56,803 bases of DNA, from positions 1-56,803 of the forward strand of contig JARROL010000007.1 of the NCBI GenBank assembly GCA_037383965.1, given 5' to 3'. The translations under genes were made by a program, and so were the position numbers. How positions within the stretch are numbered: the first letter of the stretch is position 1; every line of letters begins with the position of its first letter. The stretch comes from Desulfobacterales bacterium (GTDB taxonomy: Bacteria; Desulfobacterota; Desulfobacteria; Desulfobacterales; SG8-13). This document shows, in pieces, positions 9,272-18,266 of the stretch. A model generated the notes under the pieces. It saw only the letters and a list, made by a program, of their open reading frames with translations, did not search any database and was not told the origin of the DNA.

Positions 9272-9766
9272 ATGACCGGCATCCCGACACAAAGCCGACT
9301 GTCCCAACGAAACAACCGGCTCAACAGGTCTAACGGGCACAACCGGCTCAACGGGCTCAACCGTCTAAACGGTCAATGTGGCTTTACCCTTATCGAAATG
9401 ATGGTGGCGGTTTCCATTATCGCGATCGTTCTGACAGCCGTCTACCGCTTGCACTCCCAGACGCTGTTGATGACCATTGGGGCCCGCTTTTACACCGTGG
9501 CGCCGCTGCTGGCACAAAATAAATTGGTCGACATCGAACTGAGCTCCGCACAAGAACTGGCCCAGGGAACCGGTGACTTCGGCAAAGATTTTCCCGATTA
9601 CACATGGGAGGTCACCATCGACGACGTCAGCAGTGATCAACTCAAGACGGACTCAGGGCAATTAAAGGGCGCGGTGGAAAAACTGAAAAGAATCGATATA
9701 AAAGTTTTGTTCAACGAGGGTGAGATGGCTTACAACCTCCGCACCTACCGTTTCATGGCAAAGTGA
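9272..9766 (+). CDS. gspI: Minor pseudopilin, GspI-like, with abnormally long repeat-encoded leader
   Basis: Prepilin motif QCG/FTLIEMMVAVSIIAIVL. There is no in-frame ATG/GTG/TTG between the 9-nt repeat array (9311-9373) and the cleavage motif, so the leader is at least 41 aa. Confidence 0.65.
   Translation: MTGIPTQSRLSQRNNRLNRSNGHNRLNGLNRLNGQCGFTLIEMMVAVSIIAIVLTAVYRLHSQTLLMTIGARFYTVAPLLAQNKLVDIELSSAQELAQGTGDFGKDFPDYTWEVTIDDVSSDQLKTDSGQLKGAVEKLKRIDIKVLFNEGEMAYNLRTYRFMAK
9311..9373 (+). repeat. 9-nt tandem array (about 7 units, CTCAACGGN family) inside the gspI leader coding region
   Basis: aacaaccgg ctcaacagg tctaacggg cacaaccgg ctcaacggg ctcaaccgt ctaaacggt, translated as NNR LNR SNG HNR LNG LNR LNG. 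Confidence 0.85.
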
Positions 9767-10020
9767 CGCGACAGTCGCCTCTACGGACTCGAAGAAATTG
9801 GTTTGGGCAAGACCGGAAGGAGAAGGCTGTATTGGCATTTGCCGACGATCGATGACACAGCCCAAAACTTTAATCTGAAAGCCTATGACACATAAAGAAA
9901 GGAGACGTTCGACACAATCGGTTCGACCAAACGCTCATGATCTTCCCCATTCGATTCATAAATGATGAGGTCCGGCTTCGGCGATGCAGGCCACGAACAC
10001 CCAAAGAAAAACGGTCCGCA

Positions 10021-10692
10021 ATGCGTGGCTTCACCTTGCTCGAGATCCTCATTGCCATATTTATCTTCGCGGTCGTCATCACGACTGTATTCGGTTCTTT
10101 CAATTTCGTCTTCGGAAAGATCGGAATCATCGAAGAGAGCAGGACAACCTATGAAATGGCAAAGGATTGCCTGAACCGCATGTCGATCGATCTCGCATCG
10201 GCTTATTTCAGTCAGTCACCGGCCTACAAACCGCCAAAGGAAGATGGAGAGCTGGACCCATACCGCCTGGTGGGGAAGCTATCCGACGCGGGGGGCGAGG
10301 ATTTCGGTCAACTGAGGTTCACCGCCATGGCCCACCTACCGCTGCAACAGCGCCAGCGCGACGGCGTAGCAGAAATCATTTATTACGTTACAACCGATCG
10401 CGACGGCACCAGGGTATTGCGACGGTCGGACCGACTCGATTTTTCCGAACCACGCGACAATCTGAGCGGCGATCCGATTTTGTGCGAAAACGTGAAGACC
10501 TTGACGTTCACCTATATCGATGCGGAAGACGATGAAAAGGAAACCTGGGATTCAGATTCGGACGATGTCGGCTATGCCACACCACGAGCGGTTCGCATTA
10601 AGCTTGAGATCGGCTCGGATGACATTTTTCACACATTCGAGACGACGGTCCTGTTTCCCCAATACCGACAGGCTCTCAAATTGGCCGGTTGA
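10021..10692 (+). CDS. gspJ: Minor pseudopilin, GspJ-like
   Basis: MRG/FTLLEILIAIFIFAVVITTVFGSF prepilin motif. The size and the ...AKDCLNRMSIDLASAY pattern are GspJ-like. The ORF is open from 9937. Confidence 0.7.
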   Translation: MRGFTLLEILIAIFIFAVVITTVFGSFNFVFGKIGIIEESRTTYEMAKDCLNRMSIDLASAYFSQSPAYKPPKEDGELDPYRLVGKLSDAGGEDFGQLRFTAMAHLPLQQRQRDGVAEIIYYVTTDRDGTRVLRRSDRLDFSEPRDNLSGDPILCENVKTLTFTYIDAEDDEKETWDSDSDDVGYATPRAVRIKLEIGSDDIFHTFETTVLFPQYRQALKLAG

Positions 10693-10736
10693 TATCACGA
10701 CAACGAGCCTTGAGTATATATAGATTATTGCATAAT

Positions 10737-11488
10737 TTGAAACAATTAGGACCGATAACCAACAAGCGGGGCATGGCCCTCTTGATCACCCTGGCGGTCG
10801 TCACGCTTCTTGTCGCTGCCACTGTGGAGCTCAACCGGCAAGCCCGCGCCACGATATTCTCCAGTGCAGCCGTCCGTGACCGCCACCGCCTGGCGGAAAT
10901 GGTGGTATCCGGGGTCAATGCGGCCATGGCCATGCTGGTTGATTGAGCGGGGCCGAATCCGACTATTATCTTGATCTGGACCCGCCCATAACCATCCGAA
11001 ACGGTCCCCTAACGCACATAAAAGAACTATTACAGGTCAAGGGGATCACACCGGAGCTGTTTTATGGTACAGATGAATTGCCCGGCCTGTCGGGTTATTT
11101 GACGGTCGATGGAATGAGCGATCAGGGCGGCAATTTTACTTTCAACGGCAAAATCAACATCAACACCGCGGAGATACCGGTTCTCATGGCCCTATTGCCG
11201 GAGGAAAATCAGGATCTGGGGCTGGCGATCAGCGAATTTCGCCTCGCAAAAACAAGCGACACTTACAACCACGATCTTTCAGGCAGCAACTGGTATAAAC
11301 AGGTGCCCGGTGCCGGGGATATCGATATTGACAGTGGTCTTATCACCAATCAGAGCGATCTATTCAGGATCGAGGCGTCGGCGAGCCTCAACGGAGTAAG
11401 TCTTGCGGCTACGGTGATCGTGCACAGAGAGACCGAACCCGAAACCGGTCTGATAAACTGCCGTGTCTTGAGTTGGGAACAAACTTGA
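10737..11488 (+). pseudogene. gspK: GspK-like minor pseudopilin, split into two frames with the central region missing
   Basis: The N-fragment (to TGA 10944-10946) reads KRGMALLITLAVVTLLVAA...AAMAMLVD. The C-fragment (frame +2, from 10943) reads SGAESDYYLDLDPP...NGPL..IKELLQVKGITPELFYG...NINTAE. The segment expected between them is absent. Confidence 0.65.
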
Positions 11489-11497
11489 TGGTATAAT
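11468..11497 (+). promoter_or_regulatory. Possible sigma-70 promoter with extended -10 (TGgTATAAT) in the AT-rich gap before gspL
   Basis: TTGAGT(11468-11473), then an 18-nt spacer that contains the TG of the extended -10 (11489-11490), then TATAAT(11492-11497). The following 100 bp are strongly AT-rich. Confidence 0.35.
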
Positions 11498-11588
11498 AAG
11501 TTTTTAAGTCATTTAAATTTTTAATTCATACTTAGCGCCTCACACAAGAACAGCCGGCAGGCGACCATACCCTGCCGGAAGGAAGACG

Positions 11589-12886
11589 ATGGGCAAAAGA
11601 ATACTGGGCCTCGACATTCAAAACAAGGCCCTCGCAGCGGTGTTGGTCAACAGCGGCATAAAAGAAAGCCGGGTGGAGGCCTACACCTATATTCCGTTTC
11701 CGGAGGAAGGCGAAGCCCCCCTGGCCGCGGCTCTAAATACGCTGGTCCAAGAGATGCCGGTAGGGGGCTGCGTGTGCATTGTTTCGATACCCGCCGACCA
11801 CGTGTCATTTAGAAATTTGCAGGTGCCTTTCAAACAGGTTAATAAAATCAGACAAATTTTACCGTTTGAACTCGAACCGATGCTTCCCTTTCCTTTAGAT
11901 GAGGTCGTTATCGAGTTTCATCCGATAAAACGCGATGGACAGGGTGAACAAACGGATGTGATCGCAGCCGCCTGCAATGTGTCCGGCCTCAAATCCATCT
12001 TGGACCTTTTAGGCACCCATCATATCAATCCGGAGATCGTGACGGTCAGCGGTTACCCGTCGGCACTCTGCCTGGCGCGGTTGGGCGAACTCCCCGAAAA
12101 CTCCCTGATTGTGGATGTCAGAAGCGGCAGCAGTACGATTTTCGTCGTGATTTCGGGACAGCTCTCGATGGTGCGGGCCCTGCCCACCGACCGGGCTTAC
12201 GAGTCGCACGCCGACATGCTTGGGCAAAGCATCCAACGAACCTTGTATGCCTTGGAGGAAAGCGGTGACCGCCCATTTAAGCCCGAAAAGATCTTTGTCA
12301 CTGGACCGGCGCTGAGTGAAAACGGTTTTGAAGCGTCGCTCGCGCGGCTGTTGAAGGTGCCGACGGAGCGCACCGATCTGGTCAGAGATACACAGGCCAG
12401 GATAAGAGTAGTACCGGCTGATTCCTGGAAACCCCACCAAATGAACAATGCCCTCGCCCTGGCGCTGATAGAGGTCATTGGTATCAAAGGGCTGAATTTT
12501 AGAAAAGGCCCCTTCGCCATAAAAAAACGTCGACTTTTCCGGATGTGAAGAAAATCGTCAATCCCCTGCAGCAGATGCGGGTTAACATCGAGGAAGTGCG
12601 CAAGGTTTCCCTGCAACCAACAGGCGGGCAGGGAAACATGCTGACCATCGACATATTGAATGAAATCAGCAAAGGCATACCGGACGACATCGACGTAAAA
12701 TTTACCCGCACCGTTATCGGGGAAAACAACGTGGTGATCAACGGCGACTCCGACACGTTTAATTCCGTCGACGCCATTAAAAATCGGCTCGAGCAGAGCA
12801 AGGACTTCAAAACGGTCACGATTGTGTCGAGCACCAAGGATGATTCGAACAATCGGATTAAGTTTCGATTGAAAATAGGGTATTAA
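11589..12886 (+). pseudogene. gspL: GspL-like protein (PilM-like cytoplasmic domain plus periplasmic domain), frame-broken at an A7 run with the TM region missing
   Basis: ORF1 (11589-12548) is actin/PilM-like and ends ...FRKGPFAIKKRRLFRM*. The next frame reads KKTSTFPDVKKIVNPLQQM... (a GspL periplasmic motif) to 12886. No hydrophobic TM helix lies between the two. Confidence 0.65.
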
Positions 12887-12919
12887 AGACTTTGAATTTA
12901 ATCGGGCTATCTGTTTGAC

Positions 12920-13471
12920 ATGAAAAAATTGTTAAAATTGCTGCCGATTACGATCACCAAACGTGAGAAATACGCCATCTGGATTGCCGGAGCCCTGATC
13001 GCCGTCGTGGTCCTGATGCAGGCCATCATTTTTCCGTTGGTAGAAAAGAGGCAGCAGCTGAACCGGCAGATCGAGGTTCAAACCCAGACCCTGAAAGAAA
13101 TGCTGGTTCTCAAAGCAGACTACGAAGGCACCAAGAAAATCGCCGACTCCGAAAGAGGTAGAATGGCCGGAAGAAGCAGTGGATTTACGCTGTTTTCCTT
13201 CCTCGACACCCTGGCCGGACAAGTCGGGCTCAAGGACCGCATCGCATACATGAAACCCTCGAAAACGACCCTCGAAAACACGCCGTATGCCCTGTCGGTC
13301 GTAGAGACCAAGCTTCAGAACATCACAATGAAACAGTTGACCTCTTACCTTTACAGAATAGAAACGTCGGACAATCTGGTACGGGTAAAGGGGCTGTCGA
13401 TATCCAAAACGGGCAAGCAGGCTGGAACCATAGATGCAGTCTTGATGGCAGAGACGTTCGACACCCGGTGA
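12920..13471 (+). CDS. gspM: GspM-like type II secretion protein
   Basis: 183 aa with a single N-terminal TM (YAIWIAGALIAVVVLMQAIIFPL) followed by a coiled region. Its position between gspL and gspD supports the call. Confidence 0.65.
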   Translation: MKKLLKLLPITITKREKYAIWIAGALIAVVVLMQAIIFPLVEKRQQLNRQIEVQTQTLKEMLVLKADYEGTKKIADSERGRMAGRSSGFTLFSFLDTLAGQVGLKDRIAYMKPSKTTLENTPYALSVVETKLQNITMKQLTSYLYRIETSDNLVRVKGLSISKTGKQAGTIDAVLMAETFDTR

Positions 13472-13607
13472 TTCAACCGAGACTCGTGCCGCACCGTGCA
13501 CCGGCGGCTGTGACGGATTTTCGAATTCGCGGCCGTCAGTGGACCCGACGGGCCGGGCGTTCGGACACAACTTGAAACAAAAAGGCAAACAGGCGACCTT
13601 GAGGAAA

Positions 13608-15596
13608 ATGAGACCTACGACGATCAATCTGAAAACTATCGGATGCTGTATGATCGTGCTGCTGATCATCATCGCAGGCATCACCGTGACCCGCGCGAAT
13701 GCGGCTTCCAGCGCAGGCAATTCACAGGACCGCTTCGTCACCATTGACTTCAACAACGTCGACATCAACGTTTTTATTAAGTTCATCAGCGAACTGACCG
13801 GCAAAAACTTCATCATCGACCAGCGCGTCAGGGGCAATGTCACCATCATTTCACCGACCAAAATATCGGTTGCAGAGGCTTACAAAGTGTTCGAGTCGGT
13901 GCTGGAAGTCAATGGCTTCAGTACCGTACAAGCGGGAGAGGTAACCAAGATACTTCCCTCCCCGGAAGCCCGCACGAGTGATATCCCGACCCGCACCAGC
14001 ACCAGGCCGGTAAAGCCGCAAGACCAGCTCGTTACCCAATTGATCCCCCTGACTTACGCCGATGCCGATGAAATCAAAAGACTGTTCACCCCCATGGTGT
14101 CCAAAACCAGTCTCATCGTTGCCTACGACCCGACCAACACGCTGATCGTTACCGACGTGCTGTCGAATATCCAACGACTGATCAAAATTTTGAAAGAAAT
14201 CGATGTGACCGGCGTCGGCCGGCAAATATCGGTCATCCCCCTTGAGCATGCCGACAGTACCAAAATGGTCGAAACCCTGACGGCCCTTTTTCAGACCAGG
14301 GGTGCGCCCAAGAGGAGAACGGCCAGCAGCCGCGACGACACCAAATTTGTCGCCGACGAGCGCACCAATACGGTAATCGTGCTGGCCAGTGAAGTGGAGA
14401 TGGCCCGGGTCAGGCAGTTGATCGACTTTCTCGATCGTGAAACTCCGCGGGGGAAGGAAAAAATACGGGTCTACTACCTCGAATATGCCAACGCGGAGGA
14501 AATTGCCAAGGTGCTGCAAAACCTGCCGAGCAAGGAGGCCACCCAAACCAAGGGTAAGGGTGCAACCGGCGCAACCGGCGCCCCTCTTCTCGCGGGAAAG
14601 GTGAACATCACGGCCGACAAGGCCACCAACAGCCTTGTGATCACAGCCAGCAGCGACGATTACACGGTGGTGGAAGAAGTCATCAAGAAACTCGATATAC
14701 CGCGACCGATGGTTTATATCGAAGCCGTGGTCATGGAGGTCAACGCTCAAAAAGATTTCAGCCTGGGAACGCAATGGACCGCGGCCGGCAGCACCAACAT
14801 CGGCAACAAACCCGCCGCCGTGGGCGGGGGTTTTCTGGCACCAAATTCGGCCATTCCCGCTTTGACCCAGGGCGTACTGCCGCAGGGGTTCTCCTTCGGC
14901 GTATTTACCGAAGCGATCGATATTGCGGGAATTAAGTTCAACAACCTGACCGCACTGATACAAGCGTTCAAGCAGGACAGAGACGTCAATATCCTGCAGA
15001 CGCCGCAGATTCTAACCACCGAAAACGAGGAAGCCAAAATCAACGTCGGCCGGAACATCCCTTTCCAGACCCAATCGTCCACCACCGACAATCAAACCTT
15101 CAACTCGTTCGAATACCGCGATGTCGGCACGATTTTAAAAATCACGCCGCACATCAGCATCGAGAGGCTCGTGCGTCTCACCATCGGTCTCGAGGTCAGC
15201 GCTCTGGAATCGACGACGGATTTCCGTCCCACCACGCTCAAGCGCACGATCGACACCACGGTTATCGTGGACGACAAGAGCACCATCGTCATCGGCGGAC
15301 TGATTGAAGATACGAAAGCCGTTTCCGAATACAAGGTTCCCCTGCTGGGCGATATACCGGTGCTCGGATGGCTTTTTAAAGTTCAGAACAGCTCGCAGCA
15401 GAAAACCAATCTTTTCATCTTTCTGTCCCCGCACGTCATCAACAATCCGTCCGAAGCCGCTGACGTATACGGCCAAAAGAAAACAACGATGGATATCTTG
15501 CGCGGCGACCAAAGCGAAGAGCCCCAGATCCAAGAAGGAAATATTAAACTGTTTGGCATTCCCAGGCGAATGCCCTCAAGCGCCATAAAACAATAA
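13608..15596 (+). CDS. gspD: Type II secretion secretin GspD
   Basis: GAGGAAA RBS before ATG 13608 and a signal peptide. N0 domain FVTIDFNNVDINVFIKFISELTGKNFIID.RV.G.VTI, repeated N domains, and C-terminal secretin motif GGLIED....E.KVPLLGDIPVLGWLFK. Confidence 0.93.
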   Translation: MRPTTINLKTIGCCMIVLLIIIAGITVTRANAASSAGNSQDRFVTIDFNNVDINVFIKFISELTGKNFIIDQRVRGNVTIISPTKISVAEAYKVFESVLEVNGFSTVQAGEVTKILPSPEARTSDIPTRTSTRPVKPQDQLVTQLIPLTYADADEIKRLFTPMVSKTSLIVAYDPTNTLIVTDVLSNIQRLIKILKEIDVTGVGRQISVIPLEHADSTKMVETLTALFQTRGAPKRRTASSRDDTKFVADERTNTVIVLASEVEMARVRQLIDFLDRETPRGKEKIRVYYLEYANAEEIAKVLQNLPSKEATQTKGKGATGATGAPLLAGKVNITADKATNSLVITASSDDYTVVEEVIKKLDIPRPMVYIEAVVMEVNAQKDFSLGTQWTAAGSTNIGNKPAAVGGGFLAPNSAIPALTQGVLPQGFSFGVFTEAIDIAGIKFNNLTALIQAFKQDRDVNILQTPQILTTENEEAKINVGRNIPFQTQSSTTDNQTFNSFEYRDVGTILKITPHISIERLVRLTIGLEVSALESTTDFRPTTLKRTIDTTVIVDDKSTIVIGGLIEDTKAVSEYKVPLLGDIPVLGWLFKVQNSSQQKTNLFIFLSPHVINNPSEAADVYGQKKTTMDILRGDQSEEPQIQEGNIKLFGIPRRMPSSAIKQ

Positions 15597-15611
15597 GATT
15601 AAAGAAGGCCG

Positions 15612-17372
15612 ATGGAGAACAGACTGTTCCACATCCTGGAAAACAGCTTCGGGATTTCCGAGGCGCGCTTCGAAGAAGCCATGCTGGCCAAGAAAGAAAA
15701 AGGCGGCCGCCTCGGCGACATCCTGGTTACCCGAAACATCCTCTCGGAAAGACAGCTGCTCGAAGCGATGAGCTTTCTCTATGACCTGCCGGTCTGGTTC
15801 GATCTGCCGCTCGACAACATCGACTTCGCTTTCACCCGCAGCATCCCGATCCAGTTTCTGAAAAAATACCTCATGGTTCCGCTGGTCATCAACGTCCAGG
15901 AGAACGAAAACGACGTCAAAGCGCCGCCGGAAGAACAACGTCTCGAAGAGGCGCTGACACCGCATTCCAAGTATGTTATCGCCATGAACGACCCGTCCAG
16001 TTTTCAGCCGCTCGACGATCTGGTGCGCACACTGGGGCTGAAAGAATATGACGTGGTGCTTTCGACCAAAGAAGCCATCCTGTCCGCCATCAACATTTCC
16101 TACGACCTCAGCCAGAGCACGGCCGAGGAGCTCGTGCAGGGGCTGGAGGAGGATGGAAGCAACATCATCAGTGAACTCGAAGACACCGCCGACCTGCTGG
16201 ATGACACCAGCGATGCACCCATCATAAAGCTGGTGAACCATATCCTTTCCCAATCGATTAAGGCCCGTGCCAGCGACATTCATATCGAACCCTACCAGGA
16301 CAGCTTCAAAGTCCGCTATCGCATCGACGGCATCCTCTACGATTTGTTGACACCGCCCAAGTGGATTCAACCGGCTTTAATCTCACGCATCAAGGTCATG
16401 GCCAAGTTGAACATTGCCGAGAAGCGGTTGCCCCAGGACGGCCGTTTGGACATCAAAATCGGCGCCCAGGACATCGATGTGCGCGTATCCACCATTCCGA
16501 CGTCGTTTGGAGAGCGCGTGGTGCTCCGGCTCTTGAACAAAACCAGTGCGGTCTTCGATCTCCCGGAAATCGGACTGTCTCCCGACCGCTTGGCGTTGCT
16601 GAAAGAGCTGGTCCACAGCCCGAACGGGATCATCCTGAACACCGGGCCGACCGGAAGCGGCAAAACCACAACGCTTTATGCGATTCTGACCACGATCAAC
16701 AAACCGGACATCAACATCATCACGATCGAGGACCCGGTCGAATACCAAATCAAGGGCATCAGCCAGATCCAGGTCAATCCCAAGATCGATCTGACCTTTG
16801 CCCGGGGGTTGCGCTCCATCGTCCGCCAGGACCCGGATGTCATTCTCATCGGCGAAATCCGGGACAAGGAAACCGCCGACATTGCCGTTCAGTCGGCGCT
16901 TACCGGCCACCTGGTCTTCTCCACTCTCCACACCAACGATTCGGCCAGCGCGATTACCCGATTGGTGGATATCGGTGTCGAGCCATTCCTGATTTCGTCC
17001 TCTCTGATTGCAGTCATCGCCCAGCGGCTGCTCCGAACGCTTTGCAACGATTGCAAGGAAGTCTACCAACCCGATGATCTGGCCTTTAAGAGCATCGGTA
17101 TGGACCCGGAGCGCTCCAAGGATCGGCGGATATATCGGGCAAGGGGATGCGAAAACTGTTTTCATACAGGGTATAAGGGCCGCAATGCGATATTCGAAAT
17201 CATGGTACTGAATGAAGAATTGAGATCGTTGCTCCTGAAAAGCTATGATTCAAACGTGATTAAAAAAAGAGCACTGGAAATGAATATGTTGTCGCTGCGC
17301 CAGGACGGCATTCAGAAACTTCTGAACGGGGTCACCACCATCGAGGAAGTCTTCAGGGTCACCATGAAATAA
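15612..17372 (+). CDS. gspE: Type II secretion ATPase GspE
   Basis: N-terminal T2SSE_N-like domain, Walker A GPTGSGKTT, Asp/His boxes, and the tetracysteine motif CNDC...CENC. Confidence 0.93.
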   Translation: MENRLFHILENSFGISEARFEEAMLAKKEKGGRLGDILVTRNILSERQLLEAMSFLYDLPVWFDLPLDNIDFAFTRSIPIQFLKKYLMVPLVINVQENENDVKAPPEEQRLEEALTPHSKYVIAMNDPSSFQPLDDLVRTLGLKEYDVVLSTKEAILSAINISYDLSQSTAEELVQGLEEDGSNIISELEDTADLLDDTSDAPIIKLVNHILSQSIKARASDIHIEPYQDSFKVRYRIDGILYDLLTPPKWIQPALISRIKVMAKLNIAEKRLPQDGRLDIKIGAQDIDVRVSTIPTSFGERVVLRLLNKTSAVFDLPEIGLSPDRLALLKELVHSPNGIILNTGPTGSGKTTTLYAILTTINKPDINIITIEDPVEYQIKGISQIQVNPKIDLTFARGLRSIVRQDPDVILIGEIRDKETADIAVQSALTGHLVFSTLHTNDSASAITRLVDIGVEPFLISSSLIAVIAQRLLRTLCNDCKEVYQPDDLAFKSIGMDPERSKDRRIYRARGCENCFHTGYKGRNAIFEIMVLNEELRSLLLKSYDSNVIKKRALEMNMLSLRQDGIQKLLNGVTTIEEVFRVTMK

Positions 17373-17466
17373 AGCGCACACCTCAATTCAATTAGCTTAG
17401 CGTCACCGTAAGTAAATAATTCCACACGTTGGCATCGAGTTTCAGGCGACATTCGAAACCGTTTAT

Positions 17467-17513
17467 CCGGACGGAGGGGACTACCTCGCCAGCGGGTTTG
17501 GTTTTATTTTCGT
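17467..17513 (+). terminator. Intrinsic-terminator-like module (copy 1 of a near-identical 46-47-nt repeat)
   Basis: Stem GCG(G)AGG/CCUCGC followed by GGGUUUGGUUUUAUUUU, 95 nt after the gspE stop. It is almost identical to the reverse complement of 52872-52918. Confidence 0.5.
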
Positions 17514-17632
17514 GTCAAAGGTCTCCTTACCGTTTCCGACCGCTGCCTGGCGGATAAACGGACATCCGTTCCTTGTTGTGCCCAAGTGGTGATCGGAACT
17601 CTGATTTCCACCAAAGGCAGCGGCCGTTTGGT

Positions 17633-18133
17633 TTAGCGAGGTTTGCGCATCAGTAGTTGCGCCTGCTCATCGGTAATGGTACCGTCCGCAATCCCCTTTT
17701 CAACCAGCCGGGTCATGAGTGCCCGGCGCTGAGAGCGGAATTCCATCTGGTCGACAATTTTCTTTTCCTGTTGCGGTGTCAGGTAACCGATCTTGGCGAG
17801 CTGGTTTACAAGATCTTTCATCTTTGTGTGCATCGTTGTGCGGAATGCCCCTCGATCGATCTGGTATTCAGATAGAAGATCAGGTAGGCGTTCATCGCGA
17901 AGCCTTGACGCAATGGTGTCGACCGGCTGCCTCGTCATTTCGGAAAGCGTCTGCACTGTCAAATTCTCGCGCAGGTAACGGTTCAGGAGTTTGGCACCTC
18001 CGTCCCCGTGACGACCATGGTGTCGATGGAACCGGGACGGCTGCTCCGGCGGGCCGGAGGCAAACACTGTGCCTGAAAGCGCGAGGGCAAAAACGAGAAG
18101 AATGATAACGGAGATCGTTGAGTTCTTTTTCAT
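17633..18133 (-). CDS. Periplasmic Spy/CpxP/ZraP-like protein (LTXXQ motif, His-rich N-terminus)
   Basis: Signal peptide, RFHRHHGRHGDGG, LTPQQ motif, predicted helical. It is divergent from a two-component system, in the same way cpxP sits next to cpxRA. Confidence 0.5.
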   Translation of the reverse strand: MKKNSTISVIILLVFALALSGTVFASGPPEQPSRFHRHHGRHGDGGAKLLNRYLRENLTVQTLSEMTRQPVDTIASRLRDERLPDLLSEYQIDRGAFRTTMHTKMKDLVNQLAKIGYLTPQQEKKIVDQMEFRSQRRALMTRLVEKGIADGTITDEQAQLLMRKPR

Positions 18134-18266
18134 GGCAGATTTCCTTTCGTATTCAATTGTTGTTGTTTGTAACAGGCTGATTTAGCCTCGTTGGATTATA
18201 TGATAGGGATCAATTGTGGAGGAAATATGAAGTAATCGTGTGAAGATTGTAGAGATTGAGTGAATT

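Noticed and set aside
10944-10946. TGA stops ending the gspK N-fragment (10944-10946) and the gnd N-fragment (32494-32496), considered as possible Sec codons.
   Set aside because: Downstream homology resumes in a different reading frame and after a missing segment. The TGA does not face a Cys, and these are not redox proteins.
12932-14963. Long minus-strand ORFs (12932-13861, 309 aa; 13851-14963, 370 aa) antisense to gspM/gspD.
   Set aside because: They lie entirely within well-supported plus-strand genes. Their translations are Arg/Gly/His-rich with no motifs, as expected for shadow ORFs in GC-rich DNA.
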